From positions 14,071 through 78,070 of the forward strand of contig JBBRNV010000005.1 of the NCBI GenBank assembly GCA_038230075.1: 64,000 nt of DNA, written 5' to 3'. A program made the position numbers and the translations under genes. This stretch comes from Minisyncoccia bacterium (GTDB lineage: Bacteria > Patescibacteriota > Minisyncoccia > Phycocordibacterales > CALRBL01). Shown in pieces: positions 57,800-64,000 of the stretch (within the stretch, counting starts at the first letter, position 1; every line of letters starts with the position of its first letter). The notes beneath the pieces are model-generated. The model saw only the letters and a list, made by a program, of their open reading frames with translations. It ran no database searches and was not told where the DNA came from.

Positions 57800-58513
57800 T
57801 TAGATTCTGTTTAAGATAAATCGCTCGAGCGCCACTTCAAACTCATTTCTTCCTCGGTGCGCGTCGTGATATATCATCACTAAGTCATCCGCAATATTCA
57901 CAAGTTCACTTTCCTTAAAGTTCTTTGAATACTGGGATGCTTTTTGGTATACAAACGGACTTAGTCCTGCATCTTGTGCATTCTTAAGCTGACTAGCTAA
58001 TACAATAGCTTTCACCTGCCACCACAAAATACCGTGGATTTCTTCTGAAGCTGCCAGTGTTTTCGCAGTTTGGTAAAGGGCCCACAAGTCTCCCTTCTTT
58101 CGCTGACCCAATGCTTCTGCCAATGAAAATAAATTAAATACTTCTTTTTTCTTTTCAATCTTACTTACCACTTGTATCTTTTCTGCAACCTTTTCTATTT
58201 TTGTGAGAGATGTTTTATCTAGCTCAGCCTCAATAAACACAAAAGCATTTTGTGATGATTGTAAATCTTTTAATCGTTCAATCACCTGCCCTTTGGCTTC
58301 TTTATTTTCCCACACACCCCGTAAAGAAATGATGAACTTTTGTTCAAATAAACCCTGAGACTCAATAAACTCTTCAAACCGCCCTGCATCCCAATCACCA
58401 CCATGCATGGTAAATACTTCAGCATCGGGTCTCTTTTTTCGAAGCACGTTCACAAGATTTCTTCCTTTACTAATCAGATTGTCGGTGTCGTTTCCGTGAA
58501 TGAAGAAAAGCAT
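57800..58513 (-). CDS. holA: DNA polymerase III delta subunit-like
   Basis: F.HG.D, GLF, FNLF.L.EAL, SPFV..K, LERFIL. Confidence 0.7.
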   Translation of the reverse strand: MLFFIHGNDTDNLISKGRNLVNVLRKKRPDAEVFTMHGGDWDAGRFEEFIESQGLFEQKFIISLRGVWENKEAKGQVIERLKDLQSSQNAFVFIEAELDKTSLTKIEKVAEKIQVVSKIEKKKEVFNLFSLAEALGQRKKGDLWALYQTAKTLAASEEIHGILWWQVKAIVLASQLKNAQDAGLSPFVYQKASQYSKNFKESELVNIADDLVMIYHDAHRGRNEFEVALERFILNRI

Positions 58514-58520
58514 GCCAATA

Positions 58521-61013
58521 TTAAAGCATTTTTTTAAGTGATCCCCAATTCTTTCCCTCGCCTGAGTTTGCCAAGATTGGAACTCCTTTCGATTGTTCTT
58601 TGGTAAGCACTCCTTCCATTATCTTTTTGATTTCTGGAACCACCTCTTTAACCACCTTCTCATTAATTTCATAGACCAACTCATCGTGCACTTGAAGAAT
58701 AAGTGAAACCTTATCTTTCAAAGACTCTTTTTTTAAGTATTCATCAACTCGAAACATGGCAATTTTGATAATGTCACCCGTAGCAGTTCCTTGAATAGGT
58801 GCGTTTATTGCCATACGTTCAGCACTTGCGCGAATAAATGGAAGTGGTGATTTGATTCCTGGAAAGAATCTTCGCCGTCCAAACAATGTTTCAGTAAAGC
58901 CTGTTTTAACAACACCTGCTTTTACATTTTCTAAGTAATCAGCAAGTTCAGTAAATTCTTTAAAGTACACATCATAAAATTGTTTTGCCTCATCGCGCGT
59001 TCCACCAAGATTAAGTCGAAGTGCATTCACTCCCATTCCATAAAGAATTCCGAAATTAATTACTTTTGCCTTTCGTCGCATTTCACTTGTAACATCTTTA
59101 ATGGCAACATTAAACACCTGACTCGCAACAGCAGCGTGAACGTCTTCTCCATCTTTAAAAATCTTAATCATTTTTTTATCACCTGAAAGTACCGCTGCAA
59201 TTCGAAGTTCAATTTGTGAGTAGTCGAGAGCAACCAACACATTGCCTTTTTCTGCGATAAAAGCATTTCGAATAACTCGTCCGAGATCTGTTTTAATAGG
59301 AATATTCTGCAAATTAGGGCTCTGAGAGGCCATTCTACCCGTAGCAGAACCTGCCTGAAGAAATCGTGCGTGTAAACGATTGTTATCATCTACTTGAGTC
59401 GGCATTGTGTCTATATACGTACCGAGTAGTTTTGAAAGTTCTCGATGTTCAAGTACCAAAGGAATGATTGGATGTGAGTCTTTCAACTTTTCTAACTCGG
59501 ATTCTTTTGTTGAACGTGCACCGCCTGCTGTTTTTTTCAAACCCTTTGCTGTCAATGCCAACGTATCAAACAAAATTTCACCGAGTTGCTTTGGAGATGC
59601 AACATTAAATTCTACACCAGCCAATTTCCAAATTTGTTTTTCGATTTCTGAAAGTTTTTTATGATACTCAACTGAAAGTTCTTTGAGATAATCGCAATCA
59701 ATTTTTACACCCTTGTCTTCCATTTCTTTTACAATGGGAATAAGCGGAAGCTCAATATCTCGGTACACTCGATCGAGATTATTAACTCTAACTCGATCTT
59801 CAAGAGAAGAAAGAGCTTGTGATGCTGTTTCTGCTTTTGCATATTCCAAAATGTCATCAACTGTTGGATTTGAATAATTGGAATCAAGCACCCACAAAGC
59901 AAGTGCTGCTTTTTCATACTCAGGAGAAATACGAAGACCAGCCTCACCAAACATATTTTTACTAGTTCCCTCAGGCCCATCTCCCTCTTCTTTCTTCTTT
60001 TTCGCAACCTTTTTCTTTGGCGCTTCTTTTTTTGAAGAATCTTTATCACTCTGAGAATCGGACTCAGCCTCAACAACTTGACCACCAATCTTTAAAAGAG
60101 ATTGCTTAACTTTTTCACCAAGTGTTCGGAATTCAACAGTTTTAAAGTACGCTTGTACCTTATCAATAGAAATAGATTCTCCAATAGTTTTTTCAGGTAA
60201 TTTAAAGGTGATAGGAGCGTCTCTTGTAATTGTTGCGAGCATTTTACTAAACAAAGCTTCGTCTTTATGTTCTTTAAGTAAACCAATCATTCGTTCAGAA
60301 ACACCAACCTTAATAAACTTTTCATCTCCTCCTTTTGACTCGAGTGTTTTATACATCTCCTCAAGAGTTCCGAAATTTGTAATAAGTGTTGTTGCAGTTT
60401 TTTCACCAACCCCTTTTACACCAATTATATTATCTGACGGGTCCCCTCTTAATCCTTTGTAGTCTGGAATGAGTTCCGGACCAAAATTAAATCGTGCGCG
60501 AACGGCATCTTCGTCATATAAAACAGTATCTTTGAGGCCTTTTTTGAGTGTGTAAACTTGCACACGCTTTCCATCAACAAGTTGAAGGGTGTCCATGTCG
60601 CCCGAAGCAATAATGACCCGAATAGGTTTTCCTTTTAATTCTTCAGCAATAGTTCCAAGCATATCGTCTGCTTCAAAACCTGCTTTGTCATAAAGTGGAA
60701 TATCGAATGCCTTGAAAAGCTCCGGGGCTTGTACAATTTGATTGATGAGGGCTTGATCTGTTTTTTGTCTTCCCGCCTTATAGTCTTTATATACTTTATG
60801 GCGATGAGTTTTATCAGGAAGATCGAAGGTGGCAACAATATAATCAGGCTTGAACTTATCGATCAATGATACAAGCATAAGAGAAAGGCCATAAAGAGCA
60901 CCAGTTGGTTCACCAGAAGACGTAGTGAATTCAGGAAGTGCGTGGTACCCCCGATGCAAAATAGCGTGAGAATCGAGTAAAACTAAGACTTTTTCTTTGT
61001 TTTCTGGCTTCAT
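58521..61013 (-). CDS. polA: DNA polymerase I (5'-3' exonuclease + polymerase)
   Basis: EADD, SGD.D, GD.SDNI.GV.GVG.K; TGR..S..PNLQNIP, DYSQIELR, K.INFGILYG, QVHDEL. Confidence 0.96.
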   Translation of the reverse strand: MKPENKEKVLVLLDSHAILHRGYHALPEFTTSSGEPTGALYGLSLMLVSLIDKFKPDYIVATFDLPDKTHRHKVYKDYKAGRQKTDQALINQIVQAPELFKAFDIPLYDKAGFEADDMLGTIAEELKGKPIRVIIASGDMDTLQLVDGKRVQVYTLKKGLKDTVLYDEDAVRARFNFGPELIPDYKGLRGDPSDNIIGVKGVGEKTATTLITNFGTLEEMYKTLESKGGDEKFIKVGVSERMIGLLKEHKDEALFSKMLATITRDAPITFKLPEKTIGESISIDKVQAYFKTVEFRTLGEKVKQSLLKIGGQVVEAESDSQSDKDSSKKEAPKKKVAKKKKEEGDGPEGTSKNMFGEAGLRISPEYEKAALALWVLDSNYSNPTVDDILEYAKAETASQALSSLEDRVRVNNLDRVYRDIELPLIPIVKEMEDKGVKIDCDYLKELSVEYHKKLSEIEKQIWKLAGVEFNVASPKQLGEILFDTLALTAKGLKKTAGGARSTKESELEKLKDSHPIIPLVLEHRELSKLLGTYIDTMPTQVDDNNRLHARFLQAGSATGRMASQSPNLQNIPIKTDLGRVIRNAFIAEKGNVLVALDYSQIELRIAAVLSGDKKMIKIFKDGEDVHAAVASQVFNVAIKDVTSEMRRKAKVINFGILYGMGVNALRLNLGGTRDEAKQFYDVYFKEFTELADYLENVKAGVVKTGFTETLFGRRRFFPGIKSPLPFIRASAERMAINAPIQGTATGDIIKIAMFRVDEYLKKESLKDKVSLILQVHDELVYEINEKVVKEVVPEIKKIMEGVLTKEQSKGVPILANSGEGKNWGSLKKML

Positions 61014-61525
61014 TTGGCCATTATACCATCCTCAACTTTTTCGAATACAAAATGTCGAGTTGTCTCATTTACATGTTCAATAGTCAATTTAAAGAAGTAT
61101 TTGGGTAAAATATCAACAATTTTTTCTGGCCATTCAATCAAAATAAGATTGTGAGCATCATTCAACATAAATGAGAAACCAAGTGTTTCCATTTCTTTTC
61201 CAGAATCAAGTCGGTATGCATCAATATGCACCAAATCAGAGAATCTTGAAGTGAAGTCGGCGTTAGTAATCTGATACCGTTTAAGAATAACAAACGTTGG
61301 ACTTGTTACAGTATCTTTCACACCAACAATTTCAGCAACTGACTGAGTAAAGATAGTTTTCCCGGCACCGAGATTTCCTGAAAGAGCTACCACCACAGCC
61401 TTTTGATCATTAAGAGAAGAAAAACCACCAATAGCTTTTAAAACTTGTGCAGCAAATTCTTTTGTTTCGGCTACACTAGTCGTTGTTGCTTCTATTTTTT
61501 GAAAGATTTGTTCGTTATCAGACAT
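61010..61525 (-). CDS. tsaE: t6A biosynthesis ATPase TsaE
   Basis: LSGNLGAGKT, VTSPTF, HIDAYRL, IEWP. Confidence 0.95.
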   Translation of the reverse strand: MSDNEQIFQKIEATTTSVAETKEFAAQVLKAIGGFSSLNDQKAVVVALSGNLGAGKTIFTQSVAEIVGVKDTVTSPTFVILKRYQITNADFTSRFSDLVHIDAYRLDSGKEMETLGFSFMLNDAHNLILIEWPEKIVDILPKYFFKLTIEHVNETTRHFVFEKVEDGIMAK

Positions 61526-61620
61526 ACGTTGATTGTATATGGTTTTGGCAAGATTAAAAGGTTTATAAAAAAGTAATTGTCCCCTCCCATGATATGCGTA
61601 TCTGCGGTACTATATATGAA

Positions 61621-63309
61621 ATGATTCATTTTGATGAAGAAAAGCAAATAAAAAAGTTTGACGAACTTCGCCACGAAGAACAAGAAGAGTTAGCAAAAGC
61701 ACTTGCTGACAAATATGGCGTCGAATACGTAAACTTAAGTGGAATTTCTATTAATACAGACGCTCTTCGCCTTATTCCAGAAGCAACAGCTAAAGAAAGT
61801 AAAACAGCGGCCTACAATATAGTTGGAAAGAGAGTGTCGGTAGCCACTGTTTCTCCACAAAGTCCTAAAGTAACAGAGGTTGTGCAACAACTTCGAGAGA
61901 AAAACTATGAGATAACAGTTTTTATCTGCTCTGAGGAAAGTCTGATTAAAGCCTGGAGTAGGTATAAAGATATTTCTTTTGCCAGTGAAACAAAAGGAGG
62001 GTCTCTCGATATTTCAAGTGATGAAATCGAAGAGTATGTAAAAAAAGTTCACAGTATCAACGACATCAAAACATCTATTGGTGAAGCACTCGCAATGAAA
62101 CGAAGTTACCGAGTATCTAAAGTGATGGTAATTATTTTTGCGGGCGCACTCTCTGTTAGTTCTTCCGACATTCACATCGAACCTGAAGAAACATTTGCTC
62201 GAATTCGATACAGACTCGACGGGGTGCTCACTGATGTCATTGAATTTGATACTGAAACATATAATTTGATTCTTTCTCGAATCAAACTTCTTTCGAATCT
62301 TAAATTGAACGTGAAAGACAACGCCCAAGACGGACGATTCAGTATTAAAATTTATCAAGACGATATCGAAATTAGAACATCAGTTATTCCTGGAGCATAT
62401 GGAGAATCAATTGTGCTTCGAATCCTTAATCCAAAATCTCTTTCTGTTTCACTTGAAGAAATGGGTATTCCGGAAAATCTTTATAATATTTTGATTCGAG
62501 AAGTTGAAAAGCCTCAAGGAATGATTCTAACCACCGGCCCAACAGGTTCTGGAAAAACAACAACATTATATTCGTTCTTGAAACGAGTAAAATCTCCGAT
62601 GATTAAAATTATTACCATTGAAGATCCTATTGAATATCACCTTCCTGGAATTACTCAAACTCAAGTTGAAGCACACAAAGGATATACATTTGAAAATGGG
62701 CTTCGTTCGGCACTTCGACAAGACCCCGATGTCATCATGGTTGGAGAAATTCGAGACAATGAAACAGCGAGAACCGCTATCGACGCCTCGCTCACAGGTC
62801 ACCTTGTATTTTCAACACTTCACACCAACTCTGCGGCTGGAGCATTTACACGCTTAATGGATCTTGGGGTTAATCCTCGAATCTTACCTTCAGCGGTAAT
62901 GGTTGCCATTGGTCAACGACTCGTTCGTCGACTATGTCAGACATGTAAAAAGAAAGTTGAAATTCCTGCAGAGAAAAAAGATGTGATCAAAGCAGTTGTT
63001 GAAAGTATTAAAAATAAAGAAGCAGATAAGAATTTACTACTCGGCACACTCGACACAGAACATATGTATGAAGCTGTAGGATGCCCACTGTGCAACGGAA
63101 CAGGATATAAAGGACGAGTAGGAGTATATGAAGCAATTCTCGCCGATAAGCAAGTCGAGTCAATCATTCGAGAAATGCCGAGTGAAAGAGAAATTGAAGA
63201 AGCTGCATCAAATCAAGGAATCATGACCATGCGACAAGATGGAGTTATTAAAGTATTAAAAGGCCTCACCTCTTTGGTTGAACTTGAGCGAGTTGTTGAA
63301 GTCTACTAA
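61621..63309 (+). CDS. pilB: Type IV pilus assembly ATPase (PilB/GspE)
   Basis: SDIHIEP, GPTGSGKTTT, TIEDPIEY, LRQDPD, GHLVFSTLHTN, CxxC pairs, GYKGR. Confidence 0.92.
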   Translation: MIHFDEEKQIKKFDELRHEEQEELAKALADKYGVEYVNLSGISINTDALRLIPEATAKESKTAAYNIVGKRVSVATVSPQSPKVTEVVQQLREKNYEITVFICSEESLIKAWSRYKDISFASETKGGSLDISSDEIEEYVKKVHSINDIKTSIGEALAMKRSYRVSKVMVIIFAGALSVSSSDIHIEPEETFARIRYRLDGVLTDVIEFDTETYNLILSRIKLLSNLKLNVKDNAQDGRFSIKIYQDDIEIRTSVIPGAYGESIVLRILNPKSLSVSLEEMGIPENLYNILIREVEKPQGMILTTGPTGSGKTTTLYSFLKRVKSPMIKIITIEDPIEYHLPGITQTQVEAHKGYTFENGLRSALRQDPDVIMVGEIRDNETARTAIDASLTGHLVFSTLHTNSAAGAFTRLMDLGVNPRILPSAVMVAIGQRLVRRLCQTCKKKVEIPAEKKDVIKAVVESIKNKEADKNLLLGTLDTEHMYEAVGCPLCNGTGYKGRVGVYEAILADKQVESIIREMPSEREIEEAASNQGIMTMRQDGVIKVLKGLTSLVELERVVEVY

Positions 63310-63312
63310 CAA

Positions 63313-64000
63313 TTATAGAAGGTTTGGTTTTTCTAAACCGAGATGAAGATATCCGCGAGTGGTCACTTCTCGTCCTCGAGGTGTTCTTTCGAGGAATCCG
63401 AGTTGCATCAAATAAGGCTCATTAAACTCTTCAATAGTTGCTTGTTCTTCACCAAGTGCTGCAGCAAGTGTACTTAAACCAACTGGCCCTCCATTAAATT
63501 TATGAATAATAATGTCGAGAATACTTCTATCTGATGCAGTGAGGCCTTCTTGATCAATTTGCAAAAGACTCAATGCCTCATCAACAATTTCTTTACTCAG
63601 AGTAGATTTTTTAACTTGTGCAAAATCGCGACACCGCTTCAACAAAAAGTTTGCAGTTCGTGGGGTGCTTCTACTTCTTCGAGCAATTGCTTCTACTGCA
63701 TCATTTGATAATGCAAATCCTAGTATGGCAGCTGATCGAGTTAATATGTGTTCAATTTCTTTATTTGTATAAAATTCTAATTTAAACACTCCTCCAGAAA
63801 ATCGAGAACGAAGTGGTGATGAAATAAGAGCAATACGTGTTGTTGCAGCAACGAGTGTGAATGAAGGAAGTTCAAGTTGAATCGTTCGAGCAGAAGGACC
63901 TTTTCCAATGATAATATCGAGCACCCCTGATTCCATTGCTGGATAAAGCACTTCTTCAATCGCCTTATTCAGACGATGAATTTCATCGATAAACAAAATG
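63313..64000 (-). CDS. ruvB: Holliday junction helicase RuvB, C-terminal part
   Basis: FIDEIHRL, EVLYPAME, ATTR, PLRSRF, GGPVG, ERTPRGR. Confidence 0.96.
   Translation of the reverse strand, partial: ILFIDEIHRLNKAIEEVLYPAMESGVLDIIIGKGPSARTIQLELPSFTLVAATTRIALISSPLRSRFSGGVFKLEFYTNKEIEHILTRSAAILGFALSNDAVEAIARRSRSTPRTANFLLKRCRDFAQVKKSTLSKEIVDEALSLLQIDQEGLTASDRSILDIIIHKFNGGPVGLSTLAAALGEEQATIEEFNEPYLMQLGFLERTPRGREVTTRGYLHLGLEKPNLL

Overview
This is a chromosomal window from a small-genome bacterium that looks like Patescibacteria/CPR (Parcubacteria-like). The assignment rests on AT-rich compact genes, standard genetic code, secE-nusG-rplK with no rplA behind it, pilM-N-O without pilQ, tRNA-Arg(GCG) and giant secreted proteins. 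The window holds housekeeping genes (argS part, tmk, glyA, folA, folD, rplK, nusG, secE, rplS, rpsT, ruvA, ruvB part, mutM, holA, polA, tsaE, pilB), 7 tRNAs, an envelope-modification cluster, an ECF sigma module and a fibre-like three-gene cassette. Two loci stand out. (1) A ~5.4 kb large-serine-recombinase element integrated at the 3' end of tRNA-Ser (38728-44132) carries, internally and inverted, a complete copy of its own reconstituted attP. The inverted arms are interrupted by opposed hairpins of different sequence, and integration truncates the recombinase C-terminus. Its cargo is an Mrr_N-GmrSD-Schlafen/AlbA fusion. (2) In the thymidylate cluster, the ThyA homologue has Asp at the Asn177 specificity position and the Dcd homologue lacks the catalytic Glu, which suggests dTMP is made via 5-methyl-dCMP. 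All calls were made by eye from motifs; no searches were run.
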